The notes beneath the pieces were generated by a model, which saw only the letters and a list, made by a program, of their open reading frames with translations, did no database searches and was not told where the DNA came from. From contig CAWHDZ010000003.1 of NCBI GenBank assembly GCA_963828255.1, positions 96,001 through 160,000 of the forward strand: a stretch of 64,000 bases of DNA, in the 5' to 3' direction. The translations under genes were made by a program, and so were the position numbers. Source of the stretch: an uncultured delta proteobacterium. GTDB taxonomy: Bacteria > Myxococcota > Myxococcia > Myxococcales > Anaeromyxobacteraceae. Positions 9,897 to 19,401 of the stretch are shown here, in pieces (position 1 is the stretch's first letter; each line of letters starts with the position of its first letter).

Positions 9897-11372
9897 ATGA
9901 CGGCCGGGCTGATTCGGTGGCTGAAGCGCGCGGGGATCCTGGCGGTCGTCGTCGTCGTAACCCTGTTTGTGGGGCGCATCGTCGAGACCCAGCGCGGGCC
10001 GCCGCTCCGCGTGTGGCACACCTACGTGCCGCAGGAACTGACCGTCGACGAGATGGAGCGGACCGACTGGGCCGGGTACGTCAAGGCAGAGGCGGCGCTC
10101 TTCGAAAGCCTCGGCGCAGAGTTGAAGGGTGGCCTCGAGCCCGAGGATCGGATTCCGGGTAACCGCTACTTCGACGGCAGCCCGATCTATCCGGCCAAGT
10201 TCAAGCAGGACTGGAACCGGTCGTACGTTCTCGCGCCCGACGGCCCGCCCCTCGGCGCGGTCGTATTCCTGCACGGGCTCACCGACTCCCCCTACAGCCT
10301 GCGTCACATCGCCCGGCTCTACCGCGCGGCAGGGTGGATCTCGGTTGCTCCCCGGCTCCCGGCGCACGGGACGGTCCCCGCCGCGCTGTCCACGGTGGAG
10401 TGGGAGGAGTGGCTCGCGGCGACACGGCTCGCCGTCCGGGAGGCCCGGAGGCTGGCGGGACCCTCGACCCCGCTCCACATCGTGGGTTTCTCGAACGGTG
10501 GCGCGCTCGCGATGATGTACGCGCTCGACGCGCTCGGCGACAAGGCCCTGCCGCGGCCGGATCGCCTGATCCTCATTTCCCCCATGATCGGTGTGACCAG
10601 TTTCGCCCGGTTCGCCGGCCTGGCCGGGCTCCCCGCAATGCTGCCCCGCTTCGCGAAGGCGGCCTGGCTCTCCAACATGCCGGAGTTCAACCCCTTCAAG
10701 TACAACTCGTTCCCGGTGAACGGCGCCACCCAGTCCCACCGGCTGACGCAGGTTCTCCAGGGCCGGATCGCTCGCTACGAGCGCGAAGGGCGGCTCGGGG
10801 AGATCGCCCCGATCCTCACCTTCCAGTCGGTCCTCGACTACACCGTCCACACGAAGGCCATCATCGACGCCCTGTACGCCCACCTGCCCAGGAACGGGAG
10901 CGAGCTCGTCCTCTTCGACCTCAACCGGGCGGCGCTGTTCAGCCCGTTGCTCCGGAGCTCGATGGAGACCCTCGTGGAGCGCATGCTCCCGGACCCGCCG
11001 CGGAACTACCGGACCACCATCATCACGAACGGCGGCCCGGAAGAACGGGAGGAGGTCGCGCGCGTCATCGAGGCCGGCCAGACCACGGCGACCGTTCGGT
11101 CCCTCGGGCTCTACTACCCGCAGGACGTCTTCTCGCTCTCGCACGTGGCCCTGCCGTTCCCGCCCGGCGACGCGCTCTACGGGCTCCAGCCGGACGGAAC
11201 GGAAGACTACGGGATCGCGCTCGGCGCCATGGCAGGCCGCGGGGAACGCGGGGCCCTCGTCGTGAGCCTCGACGCCCTGCTGCGGGTGTCGTCGAATCCA
11301 TTCTTCGCCTACGTCATCGAGCGCGTCGACGAGGCAATCGTCCCGCGGCGCCCGGTTCCCGCGGCGCAGTGA
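9897..11372 (+). CDS. Alpha/beta hydrolase (membrane-anchored)
   Basis: HGLTDSPY, GFSNGG nucleophile elbow. Confidence 0.85.
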   Translation: MTAGLIRWLKRAGILAVVVVVTLFVGRIVETQRGPPLRVWHTYVPQELTVDEMERTDWAGYVKAEAALFESLGAELKGGLEPEDRIPGNRYFDGSPIYPAKFKQDWNRSYVLAPDGPPLGAVVFLHGLTDSPYSLRHIARLYRAAGWISVAPRLPAHGTVPAALSTVEWEEWLAATRLAVREARRLAGPSTPLHIVGFSNGGALAMMYALDALGDKALPRPDRLILISPMIGVTSFARFAGLAGLPAMLPRFAKAAWLSNMPEFNPFKYNSFPVNGATQSHRLTQVLQGRIARYEREGRLGEIAPILTFQSVLDYTVHTKAIIDALYAHLPRNGSELVLFDLNRAALFSPLLRSSMETLVERMLPDPPRNYRTTIITNGGPEEREEVARVIEAGQTTATVRSLGLYYPQDVFSLSHVALPFPPGDALYGLQPDGTEDYGIALGAMAGRGERGALVVSLDALLRVSSNPFFAYVIERVDEAIVPRRPVPAAQ

Positions 11373-11402
11373 TCGGGTGCGGGCGCCGGCAGGATTCGGC
11401 GC

Positions 11403-13118
11403 TCAGCGGGTCTCGCTAGACGGGGTCTGCCCGAGCCAGGCGTGCGCCACCGCGACGGCCTGATTCACCGATGCGCCGAGCTGCTCAGTGGCGAGGAAGA
11501 CGTTGTCCTCGCCTAGGATCTGGAGCGTCCCCGTCCGGGCCAGCTGTTTCCGGGCGGCGGGGTCGACCCCGGCCAGCATGAGCATGCCCCCGCGCCCTTG
11601 CAGCGTCCGGGCGTAGCGCTGCAGGACGGCGATGAAGGTGCTCCCCAGGTCTGTCTTCCCGCGAAGGGCCAGGATCACCACGGCGCGCGAGGAGCCCTCC
11701 ACCGTGGGCAGCATGTCCCCGACGTTCTTCGCGGCGGCGAAGAAGAGGCTGCCATTCACGATCAGCACGGTCAGCTGGTTGCTGGGAGCTTCCCGCGGAG
11801 CGGGCCGGAGCTCGGGCATCCCTCCGGGAACGAGCACGATCTCGCTCACCTCGGTCCGTTTCGACTCGCGGGTGACGTGCAGCAGCATGGTGAATGCCAC
11901 CCCGAGGAGCACGGCGAAGTGTAGGGGCAGGAAGAGCGTGGCGAGGAAGGTGAGCATCATCGCCGCCGCGGTCGCCCGTCCCGTTCTCCACGCCGTCAAG
12001 GCCGCTTCGATGCGCAGCCCCTGGAACCCGGCCACGATAAGCAGCGCCGCCAGGGCGGGCATGGGAACCATCTCGGCCAGCGGAGCGGCCAGGAGCACGA
12101 TGACGGCCACGGCGGCGCCGCCGAAGATGTTGGTCCAGCGCGACCGGGCGCCCGCGCCGATGATGAGGGCGGTGCCGGAGATCGACCCCCCCGCGGGGAG
12201 GCCGCCGACGAGACCGGTGGCGATGTTGGCGGCTCCCTGGCCGAGGAAGTCGCGGGAGACGTCCGGGAACCGTCCGTCCGGGTTGGTGTAGGCCTGGCTG
12301 ACCCCGGCGCCCTGGACGAGCCCGATGATGGCGACCGACAGGGCCGGGAGCAGCATGGTGAGGAGCATCGCGGGCTGGGGCAGGGAGAGTCCTGGGAGGC
12401 TGCGCGGGATGCTCGACACGTCGCGCACGATCCGGACCGCCTGCCAGCCCTGCGCGGGGTCGAGGGCCGGGAGCGAAAGTAACGCGAGGAGCGCGGTGGC
12501 GAGCCCGATGGCGAGGACGAACGCGAACTTGCTCAGGCGGGAGCGGAGCAGGAGGACGATCGCGCCCAGGGCCAGCCCGCCGATGACGGTGGTCCGCAAG
12601 TCGATCCGGTGAAGGCGCAGGAGAAGGTCGAGGGCGCGGGCCACGGCGTTCGAGAACGCGCTCCGGTACCCGGTCAGCTCTCCGAGCTGACCCAGGATGA
12701 TGAGCACCGCCACGCCGTTCAGGAAGCCGGTCATGACCGGGTCGGAGACGAAGCGCAGGATTGAGCCGGTGCGGAGCACGCCGGCGAGCAGCTGGATCAC
12801 GCCGACCAGGAGGACGAGCGCCGCCAGCGCCGCGAGGCGATCACCGGGGGCGATGTCCGCAAGTTCCGCTCCCGCCGCCACCGCCGTCGCCGCGGTGGTG
12901 GACACGTTCATGAACACGGAGCCGGTGGTCACCGCCGCGACCGGGACCGCCACCATCAGGGTGAAGATGCCCATCACTGGATTCACCGCGGCGAGGAGCG
13001 CATGCCCCATGGCCTGCGGGACCGCGACGACCGCGAAGGTGAGGCCCGCCACCAGGTCCGCCTTCAGATCCGCGCGGGCGGGGGCGAGCGAGCGGGCCTT
13101 CTGGAGCAAAGTGGGCAT
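11403..13118 (-). CDS. SulP family anion transporter with STAS domain
   Basis: ADLVAGLTFAVVAVPQAMGHA, V..GF.NG, GSLFFAAA; start overlaps the anSME stop (TGATG). Confidence 0.88.
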   Translation of the reverse strand: MPTLLQKARSLAPARADLKADLVAGLTFAVVAVPQAMGHALLAAVNPVMGIFTLMVAVPVAAVTTGSVFMNVSTTAATAVAAGAELADIAPGDRLAALAALVLLVGVIQLLAGVLRTGSILRFVSDPVMTGFLNGVAVLIILGQLGELTGYRSAFSNAVARALDLLLRLHRIDLRTTVIGGLALGAIVLLLRSRLSKFAFVLAIGLATALLALLSLPALDPAQGWQAVRIVRDVSSIPRSLPGLSLPQPAMLLTMLLPALSVAIIGLVQGAGVSQAYTNPDGRFPDVSRDFLGQGAANIATGLVGGLPAGGSISGTALIIGAGARSRWTNIFGGAAVAVIVLLAAPLAEMVPMPALAALLIVAGFQGLRIEAALTAWRTGRATAAAMMLTFLATLFLPLHFAVLLGVAFTMLLHVTRESKRTEVSEIVLVPGGMPELRPAPREAPSNQLTVLIVNGSLFFAAAKNVGDMLPTVEGSSRAVVILALRGKTDLGSTFIAVLQRYARTLQGRGGMLMLAGVDPAARKQLARTGTLQILGEDNVFLATEQLGASVNQAVAVAHAWLGQTPSSETR

Positions 13119-14479
13119 CAGGCTCTCCTGTCGCCGTGGCAGAACTTGAACTTGCTCCCGCCGCCACAGGGGCAGCGCTGGTAGGGGTCGCGCCGGGCGT
13201 CCTCGGCGGCCACCCACGCCATCACCTCGGCCGGCGCCTTCCCGCTCCGGAACAGGTTCGCCATCACCTGCATCGCGGGGCGGGTGTGCTGGAAGAACGC
13301 TTCCAGCCCGGCGCACATGTAGTTGTGGCCCGGCTCGCCGTCCGCCGAGACCGCGAAGCGGTCCTTGGGGCATCCGCCGTTGCAGAGGAAGCGAACCTCG
13401 CAGCGCTGGCACTGCGCGGTGAGCCGGTCGCGCTTGTCGTCGCCGAAGCGGCGGAGCTTGGCGGAGGCGACGAGCTGGACGAGCGGGGTCTCGTGGATGT
13501 TCCCGAGCTCCTGGCCGGGCTCCACGAAGTGGTCGCAGGTGTAGAGATCTCCGTTGTGCTCTAGCGCCGGGCCGTAGCCGCAGGTGGGGGCGTGGATGCA
13601 CAATAGATATCGTCCGAAGTGGGCCTCGAGGGTGACGTCGAAGAGCTGCACGTAGACGCTCCCCACGTCGCGACGGACCCACTCCTCGAAGACGTCGACG
13701 AGGAAGCGGCCATACTGGACGCCGCCCACGGAACGCTCGGTGACGAGCGCCCCGGTCTGCGTGTACAGCGGGCGCGGGCCGCGGCCGGGGCGGTCGCTCC
13801 ATCCCTGGTTGGCGACCGCGAGGGTCTCCTCGGTGGCGCGCTCGACGATGGGGATGAACTGGATCCACTGGGCCGAGAGCTCGTCGCGAAAGAAGCGGTA
13901 GACGTCACGGCCTCGCCCCTGGTTCGCGGCGTTGACCGTGCAGAGGACGTTGAAGGGCACGTCGTGGGCGCGCAGGTGGCGCCAGCCCTCCATGACCCGG
14001 TCGAAGGTGCCCTGGCCGCGACGATCGAGCCGGTACGCGTCGTGCAACTCGCGCGGCCCGTCCACGCTCAAGCCCACGAGGAAGTCGTGCTTCTTGAAGA
14101 AGGCACACCAGGCGTCGTCGAGGAGGATCCCGTTGGTCTGGAAGGTCTGCCGGACGATCTGTCCCGGTCGGCGATGCTTCTCGACCAGCTCGACCGCGCG
14201 GGCGAAGAAGGGGAGCCCCATGAGCGACGGCTCTCCCCCCTGCCACGCCACCGTCACCTCGGGTGTCCGGTGGGCCTCCAGCAACTGGCGGATGTAGGCC
14301 TCGAGGGTGGCCTCGGACATCCGCTGCTTGTCGCCGGGGTACAGCGCGTCCTTCGAAAGGAAGAAGCAGTAGGTGCAGTCGATGTTGCAAGTGGACCCGC
14401 TCGGCTTTGCCAGGAGGTGGAACGCCGGCGGCGAGAGCGCCGACGGGATCTGGACCGGTGCGGAGGGCTCGACGGACAT
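13118..14479 (-). CDS. Anaerobic sulfatase maturase (radical SAM/SPASM) with SEC-C tail
   Basis: CNIDCTYC, WQGGEP, YTCDHFV, CNGGCPKDR, CPCGGGSKFKFCHG. Confidence 0.95.
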   Translation of the reverse strand: MSVEPSAPVQIPSALSPPAFHLLAKPSGSTCNIDCTYCFFLSKDALYPGDKQRMSEATLEAYIRQLLEAHRTPEVTVAWQGGEPSLMGLPFFARAVELVEKHRRPGQIVRQTFQTNGILLDDAWCAFFKKHDFLVGLSVDGPRELHDAYRLDRRGQGTFDRVMEGWRHLRAHDVPFNVLCTVNAANQGRGRDVYRFFRDELSAQWIQFIPIVERATEETLAVANQGWSDRPGRGPRPLYTQTGALVTERSVGGVQYGRFLVDVFEEWVRRDVGSVYVQLFDVTLEAHFGRYLLCIHAPTCGYGPALEHNGDLYTCDHFVEPGQELGNIHETPLVQLVASAKLRRFGDDKRDRLTAQCQRCEVRFLCNGGCPKDRFAVSADGEPGHNYMCAGLEAFFQHTRPAMQVMANLFRSGKAPAEVMAWVAAEDARRDPYQRCPCGGGSKFKFCHGDRRA

Positions 14480-14562
14480 GCGTTGGGCCTCGAGGGAACG
14501 GCGCGACGACCGGACCGGAGTCCGGCCGCCGCGCCCATGCTTTCACGGACAGCGAAGGCGGT

Positions 14563-16056
14563 TCAGTGGCTCGCGCCGCCGCCCGCGTCCTGCAGCTTGG
14601 CCATCAGCGAGTCCAGGTTGAACGACGCCGGCTTCTGGCGCGGCGGGAACTTCTTGAAGTTCTCCACCTGCTGGGCCACGACCGCCTGCATCGCGTAGAT
14701 CAGGTAGGCGCGGGAGATCATCCAGTCGTAGTAGGTGTTCGAGTTCTCGTCGGCCCTCTCGAACGGGTCTCGGCGGAGGTTGAACATCTTCGGGATCCGC
14801 AGCGGGACGAAGGGCTCCATCCAGCACTGGAGCCCCTTGGCCCGCTGCTCCAGGAACACTCCCTTCCAGTCGCCCCACCGGATCGCCATGATGTCCCCGT
14901 CGTCGCTGATGTAGAAGAACGACTCCCTGGGGCTCTCCTTCGCCTGACCGGTGATGTACGGCAGCATGTTGAAGCCGTCGAGGTGGACCTTGAAGGTCCT
15001 GTCGCCGATCTTGTGCCCCTCGAGCAGCTTCTCCTTGATGTTCGGCTCCCCGGCGGCGGCCAGGAAGGTAGGCAGCCAGTCCTGGTGGCTGACGATGCCG
15101 TTCACCACCGAACCCGGCTTGATCTTGCCCGGCCAGCGAACGAAGCACGGGACCCGCCATCCACCTTCCCAGTTGGTGTTCTTCTCGGATCGGAAGGGCG
15201 TGATGCCGGCGTCTGGCCAGGTGTTGTAGTGGACCCCGTTGTCGGTGGAGTACATCACGATGGTGTTGTCGGCGATCCCGAGCTCATCGAGCTTGTTCAG
15301 CATCCTGCCGATGTTCTCGTCGTGCGCGACCATCACGTCGTTGTAGTCCCCCTGGCCGCTCTTGCCCTTGTGCTTCTCGGCGCAGTGGGTGCGGAAGTGC
15401 ATCGCCGTGGTGTTGTACCAGAGGAAGAAGGGCTTCTCGGCCTTGTGCTGCTGGTCGATGAACCGCAGAGCGTGCTCGGTCACCTCCTCGTCGACCGTCT
15501 CCATCCGCTTCTTCGTCAGCGGGCCGGTGTCCTCGATCTTCTGGCCACCCTTGCCGTCCGCCCAGCAGTGGAGGACGCCCCGCGGCCCGAACTTCTTCTT
15601 GAACTCGGGATTCTTCGGGTAGTCGGGGTCCTCGGGCTCCTCCTCGGCGTTCAGGTGGTAGAGGTTGCCGAAGAACTCGTCGAATCCGTGCATCGTCGGC
15701 AGGAACTCGTCCTTGTCGCCGAGATGGTTCTTGCCGAACTGGCCGGTCGCGTAGCCGAGCGGCTTCAGGAGTTCGGCGATGGTCGGGTCCTCCTTCTGGA
15801 GCCCCGAGTCGGCGCCGGGCATTCCCACCTTGGTCAGCCCGGTGCGGAGGGGGTTCTGGCCCGTGATGAAGGCGGAGCGTCCCGCGGTGCAGCTCTGCTG
15901 GGCGTAGTAGTCGGTGAAGGCCACTCCCTCGTTGCCCACGCGATCGATGTTGGGCGTCCGGTAGCCCATCTGCCCCCGGTTGTTGTAGCTGATGTTCCAC
16001 CAGCCCACGTCGTCGCCCCACAGTACGAGGATGTTCGGCTTGCCTGTCTTGGCCAT
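14563..16056 (-). CDS. Arylsulfatase (Cys-type, CTAGR)
   Basis: KPNILVLWGDD, SCTAGRSAFITG, GKNHLG, STDNG; no signal peptide. Confidence 0.93.
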   Translation of the reverse strand: MAKTGKPNILVLWGDDVGWWNISYNNRGQMGYRTPNIDRVGNEGVAFTDYYAQQSCTAGRSAFITGQNPLRTGLTKVGMPGADSGLQKEDPTIAELLKPLGYATGQFGKNHLGDKDEFLPTMHGFDEFFGNLYHLNAEEEPEDPDYPKNPEFKKKFGPRGVLHCWADGKGGQKIEDTGPLTKKRMETVDEEVTEHALRFIDQQHKAEKPFFLWYNTTAMHFRTHCAEKHKGKSGQGDYNDVMVAHDENIGRMLNKLDELGIADNTIVMYSTDNGVHYNTWPDAGITPFRSEKNTNWEGGWRVPCFVRWPGKIKPGSVVNGIVSHQDWLPTFLAAAGEPNIKEKLLEGHKIGDRTFKVHLDGFNMLPYITGQAKESPRESFFYISDDGDIMAIRWGDWKGVFLEQRAKGLQCWMEPFVPLRIPKMFNLRRDPFERADENSNTYYDWMISRAYLIYAMQAVVAQQVENFKKFPPRQKPASFNLDSLMAKLQDAGGGASH

Positions 16057-16112
16057 CGATCGGTTCCTTTCCGTCTTCGTTGGTCTCGGCGCTGCGTCGC
16101 TGCTGCCTGCTT

Positions 16113-16937
16113 CTAGAAGAACATGCTCCTCGGGAGGAGGAGGGTGGCCGTCAGCCGGATCGACCAGGTCGGCCCGAAGTCGGGCCGGATCGCGTGCCAG
16201 TAGGCCTGGGCGGTGAGGTTGAAGGGCAGGGGACCGATCCAGACGATCCGTCCGGCTCCTCCGCCGAACGGAACGTCCCACTTCTGCCCGGACGGCGCCT
16301 CCCAGTTCGCCGTGATGATGGGAGCGGTCACGACGTACCAGCCGCTCGGGAAGTTGTAGTTCGCGAAGTACTGGAGCAGGAACGTGTTCGCCTTCGCGCC
16401 CGCGACCGACCAGACGTTGTTCGCGAGCGCGCCGACCACCCACGAGCCGGGCATGGCCAGGACCACGGCCGACGGGCCGAGCCCCCAGGTGGACTGGGAG
16501 CCCAGCAGGGGCGACGTTGCCGTCGGAAAGGTGGCCACCGGACCGGCGCCCCAGACGACCGCTCCGGGGCGGGCGGGGGACAGGAAGGCGGTGGCGACCA
16601 GGTTGCCGAGTCCCGTCGTGCTTCCACCGCCCGTGAAGTTGGGCATGGTCACGATGGGCAGGATCGTCCGGGAGATGAGGTTCAGGTCCGGGGTGAGGTG
16701 AAACGGGACCACCGGCTGGATGTTGAGGACGTTCGCGACCTCTCTCTGCGGGCCGACGCCGAAGCCGATGATGTCCTGGAAGGGAACGCTGATCAGGTCC
16801 GAGACCGGGTTCTGGGCCGCCGTGGCCAGCTGCTCGTCGGTCGGGTTCGGCGGCACGATCGGGTCCCCGGCCCGAGCGGTCGCCGCAGCGAGCACTGCGG
16901 CGAGCCCGACTCCGATCCATCGTCCCGTCCTGCGCAT
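16113..16937 (-). CDS. Outer-membrane porin-like protein ('neuromedin U'-annotated family)
   Basis: Signal peptide, AQNPVSDLISVPFQ, LNIQPVVPF, WDVPFGGG. Confidence 0.75.
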   Translation of the reverse strand: MRRTGRWIGVGLAAVLAAATARAGDPIVPPNPTDEQLATAAQNPVSDLISVPFQDIIGFGVGPQREVANVLNIQPVVPFHLTPDLNLISRTILPIVTMPNFTGGGSTTGLGNLVATAFLSPARPGAVVWGAGPVATFPTATSPLLGSQSTWGLGPSAVVLAMPGSWVVGALANNVWSVAGAKANTFLLQYFANYNFPSGWYVVTAPIITANWEAPSGQKWDVPFGGGAGRIVWIGPLPFNLTAQAYWHAIRPDFGPTWSIRLTATLLLPRSMFF

Positions 16938-17118
16938 CAGTTCTCCCCCCCCGACCAAGAGGCTCCTCGAATGCAGCCGAAGGACCCTTGCGAGGCTACC
17001 CGAGCGCGTCCGGGGAATCGAGGGAGATTCACGCCGGGTTGCGGCTCGACCGGGGCAGCCCCGGCCGGGTGTACTCGACCGCCGGACGGGCATCGCTTAA
17101 GAAGGCGACGTGCCCATC

Positions 17119-17889
17119 ATGCGAAAGAGAACCTGGTTGATCGTGGGGCTGGCCGTCGTGGCGATCGCGGCGGCCTTCCTGCTTCCGGCGATGCCCCAGC
17201 CGCCCGCCTACCACGACTTCGCCGACTCCCGGTCCATGCTCGGGCTGGCCAACTTCCTCGACGTGACCTCCAACGCGGCATTCCTGCTGGTGGGGGTGGC
17301 GGGGCTCGTGGTCGCGTTCCGCCCGCGCACCCGGCTCGTCACCGGCGCCGAGCGCGTGCTCTACGCCGTCTTCTTTGTCGGGATGGTGCTGACCGCGGGA
17401 GGATCGGCCTACTACCACCTGGCCCCGGACAACGAGACGCTGTTCTGGGATCGCCTGCCGATGACGATCTCCTTCATGGCGCTGGTGGCGGCGCAGGTCG
17501 CCGAACGCATCAGCCTGCGGGCCGGGGTGATCCTGCTCACTCCCATGTTGCTCATCGGGGTGGGCTCCGTCGTCTACTGGCGCGAGACGGAGAGGGTGGG
17601 CGCGGGAAACGTGACGCCGTACGGCATCCTCCAGGCGTTCTCCGTCCTCGTCATGCTCGTCATCGCGATGCTTCCGTCGCGATACACCCGCGGGAACGAC
17701 GTCTACAAGATCTTCGCCGCCTACGTGGCGGCGAAGATCCTGGAGGCGCTGGACTGGCCCATCCTCGAGATGGCCGGCGTCAGCGGGCACACCCTGAAGC
17801 ACCTCGCGGCGGCCCTGGCCGGCTACTACGTGCTCCGGATGATCGCGCTGCGGAGCCCGGTGGAGTCCGGTCCTACATCGCTCCGATGA
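17119..17889 (+). CDS. Alkaline phytoceramidase-like membrane hydrolase
   Basis: YHDFAD.R, SN..F, GSAYYHL.P, WDRLPM, SGHTLKHL. Confidence 0.85.
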   Translation: MRKRTWLIVGLAVVAIAAAFLLPAMPQPPAYHDFADSRSMLGLANFLDVTSNAAFLLVGVAGLVVAFRPRTRLVTGAERVLYAVFFVGMVLTAGGSAYYHLAPDNETLFWDRLPMTISFMALVAAQVAERISLRAGVILLTPMLLIGVGSVVYWRETERVGAGNVTPYGILQAFSVLVMLVIAMLPSRYTRGNDVYKIFAAYVAAKILEALDWPILEMAGVSGHTLKHLAAALAGYYVLRMIALRSPVESGPTSLR

Positions 17890-18475
17890 CGGCGAAGACC
17901 CACTGCGGCATCGGTGCGGCCAGGGGGTCGGCGGCCGTACCGGTGAAGCGGAAGTTGGTTGCCCCGCCCGCCATGTTTGCCTGACGCCAGTTGCCGTCCG
18001 CGTCGCGGGTGGCGTTGAAGGTGCGCGTGCCGACCTGGGCGTCGATGGAGGTCTTGGTGGCGATGATCCGGACGCGGCCGCCGGCGCCGGTCCCCTGAAC
18101 GGAGAGGCGGTCGGCCTCGCGGGCGACGGTCAGGGTGACTCCGCCGCCCGTGATCCGGGTGGGGGTGACCTGGAGCCGGACGCTCTGGCCGGCCAGGGTC
18201 CCGCCCCAGCGGCCGTCCGAGCGGACGCTCAGGCTGGTGTTGGGGCCACGCACCCGCGTCGCATCGAAGGACGCGGAGAGGCGGATCCGGACCTCGCCGG
18301 TGGGCGCGAACGCCTCGGCGGCGGCAGGAGCAGCCGGAGCCGCGGCAGCCTTCGGCGCCGGGGCAGCGGCAGCGGCCGGAGCCGGAGCAGCGGGAGCGGC
18401 CGCGGGCGCCTGGGCGATCGCGGGCAGCGCCGAGGCTGCGAGTGCGAGGGCGAGGATCGAACGGGTCGGATTCAT
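17873..18475 (-). CDS. Secreted hypothetical protein with Ala/Pro linker
   Basis: Signal peptide, RBS AAGGAGAG, strong GC3 bias. Confidence 0.7.
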   Translation of the reverse strand: MNPTRSILALALAASALPAIAQAPAAAPAAPAPAAAAAPAPKAAAAPAAPAAAEAFAPTGEVRIRLSASFDATRVRGPNTSLSVRSDGRWGGTLAGQSVRLQVTPTRITGGGVTLTVAREADRLSVQGTGAGGRVRIIATKTSIDAQVGTRTFNATRDADGNWRQANMAGGATNFRFTGTAADPLAAPMPQWVFAVIGAM

Positions 18476-18680
18476 CTAACTCTCCTTGATCATCACGTTG
18501 AGTGTGTGTGCTTCGTGCGGAGCGCTACACATCGAAAAGGGGCTGCAACCGGCCCATCCGCCCCCCCCTGTGGCGGAGAGATGCGTGGCTTGAGGGTGTG
18601 TCGTCCGGCATTAATGCGGGTCGCCAAGCCCGGAGCATTGTAGTCTGCGCTCCAGATTCTACCGTCACCGGAGGGAGAAA

Positions 18681-19328
18681 ATGATCCGCTTCGCTCGCAT
18701 CGCCGTCCTCGCCTGCGCGCTCACCGCCGCCGCCCCGGCCAGCGCCCAGTACACCTTCACGCAGCCCGGTCAGCAGCCTCAGCCCGTCCAGCAACTCCAA
18801 GTCTGGGACAACGTGGCCCGTTTCAACCTCGGCGTCGGCTTCTACAACGCCGGCTGGTACAGCTGCTACTACAGCTGGACGTGGGGTTGGACGTCTTGCT
18901 CGTCGTCCTCCTACACGAGCTACATCCCGTTCCTGTTCGGCCCGCAGGTCGACATTAACGTGGGGGGCATGAACAACATCAGCGTCGGCTTCAACGTCGC
19001 CATCGGCACCGTCAACTCCACCTGGTGGAACGGGTCCCAGACCCTGAGCCACTCGGACAACGTGACGATGTGGGAGCCCACCCTCGATTACGTCGCCAAG
19101 TTCGGCCCGTCGACCCAGGACACCGTTGGCCGCTTCCGGGTCGGAGCGGGCCTGTACATCGGGCCCGACGCGCACGTCGGCGGCACCTTCCGCATCGGCG
19201 GCGGCGCATCCTTCCTGAACGCGAACCGGATCGGAGCCGGCGTCGACCTGGTCCTCGAGGGCGGAAGCTTCAACGGCTACTGGATCGGCGGCCTGCAGCT
19301 CCAGGTCTCGCCCGAATTCCACTTCTAG
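18681..19328 (+). CDS. Hypothetical outer-membrane beta-barrel protein
   Basis: Signal peptide, aromatic-rich strands, C-terminal EFHF; RBS GGAGGGAG. Confidence 0.75.
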   Translation: MIRFARIAVLACALTAAAPASAQYTFTQPGQQPQPVQQLQVWDNVARFNLGVGFYNAGWYSCYYSWTWGWTSCSSSSYTSYIPFLFGPQVDINVGGMNNISVGFNVAIGTVNSTWWNGSQTLSHSDNVTMWEPTLDYVAKFGPSTQDTVGRFRVGAGLYIGPDAHVGGTFRIGGGASFLNANRIGAGVDLVLEGGSFNGYWIGGLQLQVSPEFHF

Positions 19329-19348
19329 TCGCGGGAGGACCGTTCATG

Positions 19349-19379
19349 GGCCGGCTCCGGGATCGGGGCCGGCCTTTCT
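19349..19379. terminator. Hairpin between convergent genes
   Basis: GGCCGGCTCC...GGGGCCGGCC followed by TTTCT. Confidence 0.5.
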
Positions 19380-19401
19380 CGTTCCGGGCCGCGGCATGGC
19401 T

